From the NCBI GenBank assembly GCA_950097015.1, contig CATNEN010000029.1, positions 3,596,001 through 3,660,000 on the forward strand: a DNA stretch of 64,000 bases. The letters run 5' to 3'. A program made the position numbers and the translations under genes. Of the stretch, positions 23,001 through 38,300 are shown piece by piece. Source of the stretch: Macrostomum hystrix (Eukaryota; Animalia; Platyhelminthes). The first letter of the stretch is position 1; the number at the start of each line of letters is the position of its first letter. The notes beneath the pieces are model-generated. The model was not told the DNA's origin, did no database searches, and saw only the letters and a list, made by a program, of their open reading frames with translations.

Positions 23001-26000
23001 TCTAAAGCCAGGCCGATAGTACACTCCATCGTAGCTAATGTCAGTGCCCCAGTTAAGATTGATGGATGTCACCACGCGGTCAGCATTGAAGTAATTTCCG
23101 ATCTTGGTGGTCGAAACCTGGTACGGGTGGTAGTAGATTTCTGGGAGAATGAGTGCGTAAGGCTCCGTCACACAACCGAATACTTCGAGTTTTCCAGCTG
23201 AGCGACCCGTGTTGGCCAGAGAGTAAATTCGCAGGAATGCAGCTTCGACTGACGGGATCAGGCGCTCAGTTGATGAGCCGCAGGAGTCCGGGGAGTTGTA
23301 GGGACCGAACAGGGTCTGTAAAAACGCAATTCATAAGTAAATTATATTTTTTTAGTTTTGTATTTAATCGCAAAAGTACGAACTCGTGTGTAGTACGAAC
23401 TAACGTGTGCTGGAAAATAGAACGGTATTGGAATAGCCTTTTTCGCAGTAATGCGCTATGATGGTTATTTGTAATAAAGATTTGCTGAATAAAATCTTTG
23501 CGAAGAAAAGCTAAGTGAAATGAAAACTTTCGCCATAACTAATTTATATTCCAGATATTTTCTAATGTGTTTTTGCTAGCATTTTTCATTTTATGCATCC
23601 AAGTCTCAGCAAACTAAAAAGTATTATCCCATGTATTGAAATATTGGATATTGGATATTGGATATTGCATATTGAAAATATGTCACAAGATTTGAAATAG
23701 GCTTCGATGATATGGTATCACTTATTGTACGTGCGCGTCGGCAAATAGACAAAAATTGTTACACCCATCTCGGCACCTAAAAGCATGTTTTTTGTTTTTT
23801 TTTGGCATTTTCGTGCGAAAAATAAGCAAATTAATGAAACTGAATCATTCATTAGTCTGTAATGAGCTCTCATGAGTCTGTAAACTCTGAGCCGCTCCAT
23901 TGTTCTTTGTCCGTGTGCATAAACATGATAGCGTACTCCTTCACGTTGCATGCAGTGACCTGTTTATTCTGCTTATTTTACTCTTGGGCAGACTCTGACT
24001 TGTACATCAATTTTGGTAAGAGGCTGTTCTTTGCCATGGTTACCGGCATCGCGTGCTTGTTTATGCACAAGCATGTGCATCGGCCCCTTCCCATTCTCTT
24101 GGCAGTCAACCCACGTTGTCCGGGCTAATGTGGGTTGTGCGGGCCCCAACCTACCGCACTGCTCAGTGCTCGTACTGTTTTTGAGTTGCTTTACTTTGTT
24201 TTTTCTCGCTGTTTTTTTCATTTTACGTCGAGCTCTCTCTTGTGTGTGTGTGTGCACATGTGACTGTACTCTCACTCTATCATTTTCTTTTAAACCTTAA
24301 CTAATAAATACACTTTTGCTCCAACCGCCCAAGAACAGATTGGAGTGGCCATCTATCAAATCAAACAAATTTTGGCTTGAAAGGCATCGAAAGAATTTAT
24401 AGCATAAAATATTCATTAAAACCAACTCACCCGGAAGTGGTACATAGGCATGCTGTATCTGTACCAGTACAGACTGTCGTCTGAGTACTCCAGCACATAG
24501 CGCTGAATGAGTTCGCGTGCAGCACTGGGGTGGTAGCAGTGGGTGGATCCGATGGTAACGCTCTCGGCTCGCACTCGCCTGGAAAATGAAAGCTGCAGCC
24601 ACTCGTCCAGATCCGTTGAGGCCGCCCTCCAGGAGCCGAGTGTCGGTCGGGGATCCTCTGGAAGTGAGAGCAGTGTTGCTCAAAGTCATTTCAAATGAAA
24701 TCTATCTACTCCTTTCCTTTATAACTTTCTTTAATTATGCTGCTAGGTGGCATACTAATCGTAACTCGCATTGCCAAGTTTTGTCTGCTGCTGCGCATCG
24801 CTTTCTAAGATGCAGTATAGTTAAAAAGTTCTACGATTCAAGGATACGAAATTGAAATCAAAACAAGATAATCGCGATCCAATGAATATATGATATTTAT
24901 GTCTTACCTAGCTACGAGTATTCGAGTCTTTACAATTACAGCGGCCTCAAACTGACCCATAAAATAGCAAACCAGCAATGCAGCATTCAGAAAATCATTT
25001 TGAACAAAGTAGCTCTAGCTTTCGCCACGAGCGAATTAGTTGGACTAAGCTATTACATAGATATATGTACAACTTCGATTAATTTATTTTAATCTGAAAT
25101 TCACACAAATAATAGCACACAACAAGTCACAAATAATAATTCACGCACACTTGCAGTATATATTTTACTGTGCATTTCTCTTTATAATAGCAAATTCAAT
25201 GGTTAAAGTTAAAATAAAACTTACTTTCATCACAGAAATAGTAGTTACACTGGCTGTATCCGGTTCCACTATTAGGACAGGTATTTTGGTATGTCGAAGT
25301 CGGCATTCGACAATAATTGTTTGCGTCATAAAGGCTGCCGTCGACTACATCCTCGTGTGAAATGGAATCTATGCGCTGGGTCCACTTCGGGCATACGCCT
25401 CCTCCATTCTGAATAGTCCAGTGCTTGCCCGCATATGACAGGGCCTGAATGTTGTCTACTGCACAATACTGGCCTGAGTCAGTAGTGTTTGAGAAGGTGG
25501 CGTCACAGCAGATCCACATGAGAGTGTCAGTTCGATACCCATAGTTGTAGTAAGCCGAGTCATACTCATTGAACTGCCAGTCCTGGAAACAGCGAAGCCA
25601 GCTATCACCCGCTTGCCCGTTCACGAGGGCATAGCAATCTGACGTCGATCTAAAGTAAGAGAAGGCCGTCTCTTCATTCGACCAGGCTGTGTATCGGACG
25701 AACTCTGAATAGTAAGTGCTAGCACGACCTGGGAAGATGTTGAGCCTGCGCTCAAAGTAGCCAGGACATCGACTGGGCAGTGAGAGACAATCTGAAGTTT
25801 AAATATCATGAGGTTGTTGTTTTCCTTTGCAAACTGTGACTGTGTCTAAACCAAAGCTGATTGTCTCACGAGAAAATATCTTTATTATACGAAGCTGGTG
25901 TCCAATTTAAACTGAATGGAAAATTTCATTCCTAGTAAAACTGAATACTTTTATCAAAACTTGGATTCGGCAATAATATATCTAGAGTAAATACCAGTAC

Positions 26001-29000
26001 CTCACTGACTTGATCAAACATTTCTCACTTAAATTACAGAAGCCAAGGAAGCGATTATGCTATAGCAAAGCCTATGAAGACATTTTTCAGTTTTTATTGC
26101 GTTAAGCTTACATGTCGTGTACGGCGTGCACTCTCTGTGGGCCCAATGACTTCTGAAGGTGTCAAACGATAGGCTGAACGCTTGCAGGCAGAACAAAAAT
26201 CCGTAGCTACCGTTTCCAAACACTAGCGTCTCGCTACAATGATTAAGCATGCAGCAACGATGATGAAAGGGTAATGAAGTTTGTTATATGAACCACTTCT
26301 ATTGTCAATACTAACCTCGACAATGATCGAACCGGATCATTGTTTGTTATCGGCGATGAGAACACGACTCGGTGACCCTCGATCACGACCAGTTGTGCGG
26401 GCGATCTCGTGACGGCCAAGCAGAAATAGTGCCAGAAGTATGTAGCCTTCAGATTTCCTGTCACCACAGTGGCAGCCCCAGATTGGCGAATCACTCGGGC
26501 CTCAAAGTTGTTGGCATTGGTGTACCGGAACTGCAGACTGTCCCCAGACGATCGCAGAACAGGCCTTGTGTAGTCATAGCTAGCGTTGAAGTAGCTGTAG
26601 AAACAAACTGTGTACTCGTTGCCGTCCATCTCCAGTGCACCACTGGCGGGCACCTCCAGAGTGCTGTTTGAGTTGCCAAGAAGAAAGAGAGCTCCATTGG
26701 TTCTGAATGTGGGTCCACTGGCCCAGCTGATGTTCGAGCCGAGATCGCCATGTCGCATGCTGGATTGAATGTCATTTGCTTGAGTCTCTTGCACCAGTGG
26801 CCAGAAGCCAACACGATATTTGTTAAGTTGGACTGTTTGCGACTCGGGGTCTGTGAAATATTGCAAATATCGTGAAACTGCCTTAGTGCAGCTCTTTGTA
26901 TTGAATAATAAAGTCAAAATTAAGAATTAAGTCAAAAACCAAAATTCTCACCCCATGACTGAACCTTGTAAGAAACACTGTTTGCAGAATAACGGAATAG
27001 TTCTGATTTTGACGTAACATTTGTTGTTAGTAGCCCTGGAACACCGTTCACCAACTGTAAATCACATGTCGTGTCTGAAAGCATGTTGGTATATGGTTTT
27101 AATCTAATTTTTCAGGGCAGCAACAGTAGCAGCATTCCAAGATTGCTGTTTACAGAAAGGCGCTTACTGTAAGTCAGCCACTGAAGCATGTTGTAGTTAG
27201 TGTTGAACCGATTGATCATCCCATCGTTCGTGTGGGTTGCATTTTCGTCGCTGAACTTTGAGACAACGGGAATTCCAGTGAACACAGACTTGCATGTTGG
27301 TGCTAGCTCATGGAAGCAGTCAAAGAGCTGACGCAAGTGACTCAGTCCACTGTATGAAGCCATGTAATAATTATTGTCGTAGTACATCATGCGCTTGACG
27401 TATACCTTCCGAGCCTGTCTGTCCTGCTTCACATCTAAAAGTTAGATTGTTTGAATTCGTTTTGGTTCGAGCAAAATATATCTGATTCGACTAGGTTTGT
27501 TAGTTTCAATCGAGTGTGCTCATCTCTTACAGTTTTTCGTGTACACAACAACTTCAGCAAACGAGAAGCAGCAGCTGAGTCTCTCGCGTCTCAGAATCAC
27601 ATAACGGCCATAGAATCCACACATTATTTCGATCACATCTCCTGGGCTGAATGCTTGCGTCATCTTTTGACAGAGAATGGAGTAGAACATCGAGGCAGTG
27701 TAAGGATTGTCGCTCATTGTCTGCGACACCCAGGCTTCATACTGCTGAGAATTTTCTGGAGAAATTAGAAAATTTATGGCTTCGAGAAGTGCACATGATC
27801 GCATGTTTAGCATTGTCAATGTTCCTTATTGACAGGTAAAATAATTCGACTCACCGCTCGCATCAGTGCGGAGGTATATCCAAACTTCAGTCACGTACTG
27901 AACACTCAGCATGTCCACGCGCCACCAATCGTACGTTGAGGATGACGTGACCGGAGTCGACGAGAACATTTTCGATGCAGTGTTACGAGCGAAGTCTCCG
28001 TCATTGGCGGCAGTGGCGCTGTATCCTGAGCGCAGATCGTAATAACTGACAGGATTTCCTGTAATATTGACGGGCGCTGCAACCATCGAGTATCCCGTGT
28101 TCAGTGCATTCACCTCACAGATGAACTGGTAGGCTGACTGGTATGTGTCACATTTGATATTGCGCCACGTTCCGCCCATGTCCAAGTCCATCATCAAGCA
28201 TTCTTTGCCGGGACTGCTGTGGCGCCAGAACTTCCAGTCGACAAGGCTTCCGTCCCACCACTGCCACTGACCAGTTGTTCGGTTGTACTGCCCGTCGATG
28301 TGAACAAACTTGTGCAGTCCTTGGCCACTGAAGCACGCGTGATACGGACGTATTGGCAAATATTGGTACATTCCTAATGGGTGAGACATCAGAATATTCG
28401 GATTAAAAATATCCTACCTAGTGATGGAGTTGAAAAACATGTAGTAGAAGAGCTGGTTCTCCAGCACAGTCTTCGGACTGGCCAAATGTCCGCTACCGTT
28501 CCAGTGCATCGACTCGCAGATCTCTTTAGCCAGCATTGGTGGTGCGACAGTGTGCGGGAAGGAGCTGTTCATGCCGTAGGGAACCCAGTAGCAGCTATCC
28601 TTGTGACGGAAGAAGCCAAACGGACAGTCTAAAGGATATTAGTATTTTAGTAACATTGTTGTTGATTTAAAATGACGTTTTTTCTTTTTTGGTACTATTG
28701 GATCAGAAATGAAGAGTAGGACTACCAAACCATTTTGCCACCCGTTTTCTATACTAAGGGGGATGAATTTCCTCCCTGAAATTTTTTTGGCAGCGCCTGA
28801 ATGATAACAGCGTTGGGTGCTGACTGATTGGTTGATAGACTAGATGATGGTTGCCCGTGGTTGAGCTGCGCTCAATATTTAGGTTTGATGAGTAAAATTG
28901 GAGAAATTCCTATCTCCACCATCGTGACCTATCTCCACCTCATGTTGCCCTTGAAGGTCTACCAGTCCGTCTAGATAAAGGTAGGTCACCACCAAAGACG

Positions 29001-32000
29001 AATATAATGCAGGCACATTCGGGTGACATGCTGATAAATTTTGAAAGCCTCGCAAGGCCGCACTGAGGCGCAGTGTTAATTCGTGTATAGGGTTGTGTGA
29101 ACTACACTAGCGCTTATGGGAAAAATCCGACCTTCGGCCATAACCTTTGAATATCTTGACGGTCTGAAGAGCTCGGGACTTGATTCTTGTTCCAGAAGAT
29201 GAGCAACAAAAATAAATTAGGGATAAATCATCTAAAAACAATTGTTCCTCTCGCATTTGAGCCTCATGGCCTCAAAGTCTCACGGCTGTAAGTGTTTACC
29301 GTCTTTGATCATGCATCCACGGAAGAGAAACGATGCCACAGTGGTGGGGCTCGTGATGAAGACGACGCGAACCTCATTCGTCCGAATCAAGTGTGGCAGG
29401 GACTGATTAAATCCGTTTGACGAGTCAAAAACCTGCAGTGGATGAGGTGCGAAGCTGATGTCTTTTAGTCAGTATTTTAGAAGAACTTCATCAGTTTAAA
29501 TGCGAGGAAGTTATTTGTTTTTATCTGTATATATTCTATATATTTATAAATTGGAACAGAAAAAACAGCAGAACGAATGTCCAATAATTTTGTACTCACC
29601 GTAACTTTTCCGAGCACAGTAAAGTTGACAAACTCCCAGGTGCGCATGTGCCTGAACTGGAGAATGAACTTAATAGGGCTGCTGGCATTCAACGCAAAGC
29701 CGGAAATATGGTAGAAGTCGTTGTATCGATAGCCTATTGTGTCAATCGACGGATTTGAGAGTGTTGCCTGATTACTGTCAATTAAATCGCAATCTGGAAG
29801 TTTTAAACAAAGCAATTCTGGTTGAAATAAATCCATGCTTTCAATTTATTATGTAATTTAGTTCTTGTTACTGATTCCGGCCCATTCAACGCACCGTCAG
29901 GATAGCCCAGGATCTCAAATTTTGCGACACGTCGAGTGTAGAAGTCAACTGGACGAAACTGGATAATCTTGGCCTTAAACGGCACAGAAACGTCCATCCT
30001 CAGCTGCATAGCGTCATTGTGGAACTTATTGAACTGGTGCTGCAGGAGGAAGGATACAAAGCCATATAATCTATTGTTTATCGAAAGAAAAAAGTTTGAA
30101 CAAAAAGATGTAAACAAGTATTTACATCAACGTAGCTGTTGCTCGTCTGAAATGACCGAACTGGAACTAGCGTTCTTGGATCATCACCGTAAAATATTTT
30201 GAAGCTCCGGACATAAGCACGCCAATAGCCTGTCCTGTCCATCATCGATGAGCCTTGAATAACGAATCCCAGGATTGTGTGGCTGACAGTCAAATAAATA
30301 TTGATGGGGTACTCTGAAACGTGTTTGTGATGTGCATATTTTTGTACCCTTTGCCTCCTAAACATATGGAGACATATGTCTCTCCTGAATTAATCAGCTC
30401 CTTGTTTATGCCGCGAACCTACCTGAGTGAAAAAACATTCCGGGCGGCTGACGAGGCTTCTTGGGTGCGTTAAGCCTAAACATGTACGGTGAGGGATAAA
30501 TTGATGGATCCGCGTTGGATGGTAGCGGGGTGTCTTGTGGGTCCAGCTGGTTCAGCTCAATGATGCCGTCCTCCATGCCGATGGGATTTCCGATCAAGTG
30601 GAGCTGGCCTGAGAACAGTGCGATAAAATCACAGGAATCAAACAACCCAATCAGAGAGATTTCTCAATATCGCAACTGGCGCACTCGTACTCACTGACTG
30701 CTGGGAAGCCGTAGGCCTCAAACTCTGCGAAGCTGAGCCGTCTTCTGTAGTCCGACAGCTTGCGGATTCCAGCAAAGTAAGCTACCTGAAGAGAAAGGGC
30801 TGTTTAATGAGACTCTTGAACTTACTTATTGACAATCTGCTCATCGCACCTTGTCTGTATCGACAGTCCACACGTGCTCTCTCAGGTAGCCGCTGCCGCG
30901 GCTTTCGATCACTTGCACACTCGAGTGAGTGATAGACGACGAGTTCGATACAAAGATTTCCGCGAAGTCCAGCTCCTCATAGTCTGTGGGTTGGTGTTTC
31001 AGTTTAGATTTTAGTGTTATTTAACGGTGAACGGATGGTCGCACTAGCTGGAGTTTTAGTTTGAGTTCAATGCGTTTTGAAACTAATTTTTATGCACAGC
31101 GCGTGCCTAGAAACTTTTTAATTAGCAATTTACAAATTGACTTTTTCATTCTGATAAAAACTTATACGAGCTAAAAACACATTTTGATACATTGGCCTCT
31201 AGCCGTAGAATTACTGAGGGGTTTGCTGTGCCTGAACGGAAAAACTCAGGCACATAAAGTTCTTGAAAATAATCACATGTTCAAAAACTGTTTTTGCACT
31301 TGTCGCAAACTTTGTTGCAGAAACCCTCTGAAATAATAATTGCCATGTCAGCAAAATGTATTGACACTCAAGATTCAGATTCTGACAACGATTCTGACAA
31401 TTTCTATAAACGCTAATGAATTCTGATCATCAATATATCACCTCAGTTACGCTCGTATGTGGTGCAATGTTGAGCTTCAGCGGAAGCTCCATCTGACTAT
31501 AAAACCTTCATTGCTGATTTCCTTCGTTTTCGCACATGAAGCCATGGAAAGTTCATATGACCAGTTCTAACAAAAAATCACCTTCCCATAGTACTAAAAC
31601 GGGAAGGAAAATGCATAACAGGACCTATTCCTAGTGTTTTAATTGCATTCTTTACGTGCCACCTGCAGGAGTAGCACTGTCTCATCTAAGAGTGAAGCAT
31701 TTAGAGGATGTTTAATAGTTCATTATGTGAATGTACGTATATCATTTTTGGACCTCACCAAAGCGCAAATTATTCCGTGAGCAGGCGAAGATCTGGCAGG
31801 TATCGAGCGTGACACTCGGGTTGGTTGTGTAGCACCAGAACCTGTTTGTTGCGTCACAGTTGCGGCAGTAGTTTACAGAAGCTGATCGGTTGTTGCCTGG
31901 GAAGTAGCCAGCATTTTGGCAGTCGGAGTTGGGTACGAATGGAGAATTGCTTCCCCAATTCTGGCAGGTGTAGCCCGATGATGTGACGTTTTGCCGGCCA

Positions 32001-32362
32001 AAGTAGCCAATTCGACTGGCCGCATCTCCACACACGTCTCCCCCGTATGCATCTTGAAAATTTCGAACATTTTTGAAATTCATTGGACATTAAACATGTA
32101 GACCTTATTCTTTACGAATACATCTTGCTTGACATAATCATTATTTCAATTAAGTTCTTTGAGGAATGGAATCTGCACAGCCTCTCCCTAAGTCAAGCCT
32201 TAAGAAGCGGAATGAGGGCGCTCAGAAAGGAATGAAACTTTATCTTTAACTTTAACTTTAACTTTAAACTTTACAGCTCTCAGATGAGGAAAAGATAAGT
32301 CTAGGACTCCCAGACTTGGCAATTAGCCGAGAGATCATCAATGATGTTTGACTCCTTTTTAA

Positions 32363-32397
<35 letters not shown>

Positions 32398-35300
32398 TGA
32401 CACTAGACCCCAGGGCCAGTGCAGGTGTTGTGTGTCAAGCACACTAGCAGGTGGGGACTGCACAACTATTGTACTCCATGGCTCTCTCGGACACCGGTTG
32501 ACAGCCGCGTGTCAGCAATGGGATTTATTTTTTCCAAATATATCGGCAGCATCTAAACCCGCAAAGATCAGCTTTATTCCACGCCAGCCGGAATTATTAT
32601 TACCCGACGAAATGTCGGCACTCATTTGCAGCTGAGCAGACTGTGTGCACATCAGGGCAAAGCAGCTTGCCAAAGGCTGCACGAATAGTTCTAGACTATT
32701 CGGGAGTCGAACCCAGGACTATCCGATCCAGAGGCCGACACCTTACTGACTGAGCTATTCGCCTTTTTTAAGTGGTTGCTTTTTTAACTATTCTAATAAG
32801 CCATGGTAATATTGGGAAGTAAGACTTGTCATTTAAAGTGTGCTTACCAAGTTCTTCAATCAGATCCACAACTCGAATTCGCTTAATCACAGTTGGATAA
32901 GCAAAATCGATAAGCCAGTAGTGGTATTGATCAACATAGTCCTGGTAATAAGTTACAAACGATTGACCATATCCAAAGAACATGTATGCATTGCCGTCGT
33001 TGCCTCTCTCTGGACTGCCATACGAGCTGAAGTAGCGATACTTGAAGCTCGACACCAAGTAAGGCAAGATTGAGCCACTCGTTACTGAAATTTTGAAGAG
33101 AGTCCTATTTTATTTTTATGCAATCTTAATGGGTAGCCTTTTTTAACTGTGCCTTTAGCAATTAGCCGAGAGATCATCAATGATCTCTGATCGGCCAATC
33201 AGAGAAAGCAATCAGAGAAAGTGCGCCAGTTGCGATATTGAGAAATCTCTCTGATTGGGTTGTTTGATTCCTGTGATTTTATTCGCACTGTTATGGCCAG
33301 TGTGTCACAGACAGGCCAGCTGAGTTAAAGTGATTTTAACTTTTCCGCTCACCATATGGGCAGCCGTACAGTTGAAGTTTCATTTCGTTCTGTGTTTGAA
33401 AAGTAGCCGGGAAAACTCTCAGAGCGAGTGCGAGAAGATCTGGCAGAAACCTCAGACTTGCCGCCTGGCGAGTTTGCCTCGGTCCAACCAGAATCTGGGA
33501 TTTTGGCATGGGACTCGAATAAAATCTTAGATCAATCGTATTCTTGCTATTCTTGTATATGAATTTTATAAAGCTAAAATCGAATGATTTTTCAATTCAT
33601 TTTAACCTTACTGCAATCATTTAAATTAGCTTTCTAGAAGTATTATTATTTTTCTAATCGAAGCAAGACTCCTTCCATCAAAGTTGGAGGCTAGGAAGTA
33701 ATTGTATCGGATTGTCATTTTACCATGCCGTTGTAGAGCGATCTCCAGTAGCGCGCATCCTCGCTGTAATACACGTAGTAGCTCAGTATGTTGGTCCATG
33801 CACCTGTGAGCACGCTGATTCCCGGCCCACCCTGTAGGGTAATCCACTGCAGCCTCACGAACTTGTCAAAAGTTGCCTGAATTAAGGCGTGGTTTTAAGT
33901 AAATATGTGAGTTCTATACAATATCTATCAGCATTTGGGTATTTTAAAGACTAAAGAAATTGCTTCAAACCTGTAGATAGACTCGCTCTTGAAAGTAATA
34001 ATTTTGTGGTCGGTACGTAGACAGAGTCTTTGCGCTCCTCACATTGAAGTACAACTTGATGCTGTTCCCTGAATCCACTACGTCGTTGGAGTACCCAATC
34101 TTTTTTATCGGGATGGCGTGTCGGGAGTCCGTCGATTGGCCGATCAGCTGACCGTTGAAATATGTGAAAAACGAGGTCACATTATTTGCTTGTGTCCCAG
34201 GTGATGCACACATTCGCAAAGTCCTGCGTATTGTGCATTGCTGAGAGGTTGAGCGTGCTGTTCAGCACATCCAGCACGTACGCAGTCGGGTTGTTCACAG
34301 AGTAGTCCTTATTCTCCACTTGCGCTCCAGCGTACCTGACCTGGTTCGCCCCATCGCCTTGCAGCAACAACACGTAGCGGCGCTGAAATTTTCCAGTAGA
34401 TAATTACGAGATTATATTTTGAGGACTAAAGAATATTTTCATGACTACGCTCGTCATTATTTGTCTGTATCAAGGTCCAAAAGCAGTCTGAATATGTGAC
34501 TGATGCAAAAGCATTCAGAATGTGGTATGCTACGAGCGGTGTTCCAAAGAGTACCGATTTCTCTGCTTCTGTCTTCCAGAAACATGTATTTGCCTGTATT
34601 TCCTGTAGGAGGATCAGCTTTTGAACTTTAGAAAATTTCTAAAGTTCTAAATTTCCACACAAAATTTAGGTGTGGAAACGACTTGTACGCCGAGACGATG
34701 ATGACCCATCTAGACAGGGATTTGTTAGTTGCTTCACTGGTTGTGGAGCAACAGTCGAGTCGCACTATAAACTTTATTATTGCTGTTACTCTGGCTAGTA
34801 GCAGGTACAGTCAGCTGGAGGTTAAGGTACGCCGCGTTTAAAACTGGGCAATTGACATACAGTCCACCCACAATCCCTGAGTTAAAACTCCACGGCTGAA
34901 GTTTTTACGGCCGAGATTGCAACTAAGATCAAGCTATAAACTTATTAAAGCTTATCAATTGTGTTTTATGATCATGATTAATGGTTGTGATTATGATTAT
35001 TGTTTTTATTCATTTTTTTATTTTCATTACTATTATTGGCGATAACTAATAAGTAGCGTCAAGAATATCCTGCTCACATTAGTCATGGCTTCCAAGTAGC
35101 CGTACTGGTCCGTGAACCAAATTTTGGCCAATCGATTGCGAATCAGCAAGTTGAATGTGACGTTATTCGTCTCCAGAGCAGTTGATATCGTCTCATCTGG
35201 CATCCAGCCGACTCTCAAGTCGACAGACTCATCGTAGTCATAGTCTGGATAAAAATGATTTAATAAAATAATAAAATAATAAAAGCTTTCTAAGAGTCAA

Positions 35301-38300
35301 CGTTGATTTGAAATCAAATCGCGTAAGGAAACAAAGTAGAAAGTGCTTACACTCCTCTGCAAACACAAAGATCTGATCGACTCGGAAGAAGCCGAAATCA
35401 GCCGGCTTGGTGAGGACTAGGTATCGACCCAGCATAACTCTCGAGCAGGTGAAGCTGTACTCTGTGAGGCTGCTCACAGGAATCTCCAGTGTGTCACAGA
35501 CAGGCCAGCTGAGGAAGGCGCGCTCGCCTAGCGACGAGTCATAGCTACTGCTGACGCGCACGTGGATTGGGTACTGGCCTGCTGTCGCTGTAAGTTGTGA
35601 AGGTATGGATGGGTGTGCATTGAATGCGCTCGGCCAGCGAAACCAGCATACTATTTATCTCCTTCTCTGAATGCCGTTAAGTAATAAGTCAAAACTAAGC
35701 ATTGTATAACACACACTATCAAGAGGAAGCCCGTTTTTAACAGCTTATAGACTCCCTGATAGAAATCTTAAGCCACAGAAAGGCCACATACGGCTCTGAA
35801 AGTCGACTCCCGCAATCGTGTGCAGCAGCTTCAGATCTACCAGGACGAAATAGAATTCCGTTGCATCCACAAACGAAGCCTGGTTGCTGGTGTAGATGTT
35901 GAGAAATCCACCGGAGTTGGCGCTGTTGGAGACGTCTCTGCCATTGAAAATCACGGTTTTGAACAGCGCCGCATTGTGGCCCTGCAGCAGTCCCGTATTT
36001 GGTCGGTAGTAGTGAACTGAAAGACGGGTAAAAGATATGCGAATACATGCATTGGGTTTGACGTAAATATTTTACTTGGAAGGACTTTTATGCACGAGGC
36101 GCACGTGCTACAAGCGCGTGTGGAGAATCTTGCTATCGTAGCAGTGTACGAGCTTAGGTTTTGTAATCATTTTTCTTAAAATCTAAGTAGTAGATATGTA
36201 CAGTTACGAGCTAATAGGTAACTTTAGACTTCTTAACATGGTCGTATTGAGCAGCATGCAATGTGGCAAATCTCTGATGTCCTATGGATGCTCTACAGCC
36301 ACTTGTTGATATCATAGCTGAGAGCAGAAAGGGCCGTAGCGATGCCTATGGAGAGATGCTTTCATCGTCGAAAACAGTGCGTACTGAGAGCTAGCTCAAA
36401 GCCCAGTCTCCTGCTGATGCCCAGAGTTGCTGCACAATTAAGCATCATTCCCCTAGTGATCTTACCAAGCCGCTTAGTTTTGATACATTCACTTCGCAGT
36501 TTCCTAATTTTACAGCAGGCTTTCGATAGAATTGAATATAAGCATGTGTGCGTGAGCATCAGCTAAAAATGGCAGTTTTAATTTTTTAAAGAGAGACACG
36601 CAGGGAATATTACTTGTGTATATTTGTCAATGAATTTAAGGCATAATCATCTTTCATGGTAGAGTCACAGCAGTGTTACACTCTGGCTAAACTATATGTC
36701 TGAACGCCTCCACCCTAGATAAGCGAATAATATTAAGAATAGAGCGAAGTGTAAAGAACACAGGAACCAAGAAAAAAACACTGGTTACGTATGCGAACAT
36801 AAATAGCAAATTTAGAGCCTTCCTAATCGCCTGGTCATTTTGTCTGGCTAAATGCAGAATAAATTTTCTGTCAGTATATAATCATTTGGGGGGGATACGA
36901 TTTAAACATTCATTTATAAAATACATACAGAAACTCACAGCAACTTGAATCAGTGCATACTCCCGTCCCGCCTGTGACTTTATTGCATAGCGGTAACTCT
37001 GATGTTGATCCTGATTAAAAAGTGAATTGATAAACTCTTTTAGATGAATATATCTTTCGTTTTGTACAATTTTTAAGCATAAAATATTATTCGATTGCGT
37101 ACGGCTAATGCACTGAGAGCCTGTGTTCAAGTTGCCCGTGACACCCGAGGTCCACGCTGCGCACGCGATGCCGTCCCGGGTGACGTTCAGGTCATGCAAG
37201 AAGAAGTCGGAGTCGCCTCTGCTGAACACACAGGGAACTGAAAACGAGGAATAATTTACAATAAACTATTTTGTATTCACCTAAAAACTTTGCGAATGTT
37301 CAAAGTTAGCTACTTCTAGTGCGAACTGCATTGCCGACAATGGCATCCTCCGGCTTGTTGAAAGAAGATCGGCCGCTGCCACTCAGCGACGCTGTCAGGA
37401 TGCCGGGAATTCCAGGCAGCAGAGGCTGCATGCAGGCTGAAAAATATGGCAAAAGTTACAGCATTTAGAAGTTCTCCTGTCTTCAACCCTAATATATAAT
37501 AATGTGTAAATAGTTTTATGCTTGCAATTCGTCTTTGACATTACCGTGATCAACGCAGGGAAAGTGCTGCATGATGTTTGCGGCTGACATATCAGGAGGA
37601 GAGGACAGTGGATTGGACGTAAAGATCCAAAATGTTCCCGCATCAGGCTGAAAGCTAGTCGATTGGTTCATAAAGAATTCATCCATGAAGAGCACATCAT
37701 TGTGCGCCGCTCTCTGGTTAATGTCAGTTTCTGTGTTCACCCTGAAGTCATCGTTACAACCTGAGCACATCGATGGGTGCATGTAGTACACCAGCGGACC
37801 CTTGTTGCACAGATTTGGTCCTGAAAGGATTTTTTATTACACAGCTAGAATTCAGACAGAAAACTGAAGTAAACTAAGAGGTAGTTGTATACGAATAGAT
37901 ATTCTTAGAGTAACGTGTTTGACGTACGCTTCAAGCTAGGAACTTCGCAAACAAAGTACAGACTGACAGACGTGCTTGACAGTGGAATCAGTCCATTATA
38001 CCAGGGGCGCCAAGCAGCATGCAAATTTCCTGCCTTCTCAGCAGCCCAGGATCCATCGCTCACCGGATCCCCATCAAACCACTCCCAATTTCCGGTGCTG
38101 GAATTCCTTCGTACGCCGATATGCACGGACCAATCATAGCTGAAATGAAAATATTTTCGAGATCAAAATATATAAGTTCAGCAATATGAGAAACTGTGCA
38201 TGATCAAAATCGGATTATTCTCACTATCTCCCCAAAATGTAGTTCATCTTCATTGCATCTTTTGGCATGAACAATGTTCCTCTCTTTCCTCCCCATCGGT

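Noticed and set aside
23973-24300. ORF with WVDC...H resembling a PHD finger next to CT/GT microsatellites
   Set aside because: Too few ligand residues and no splice support; probably a decayed repeat.
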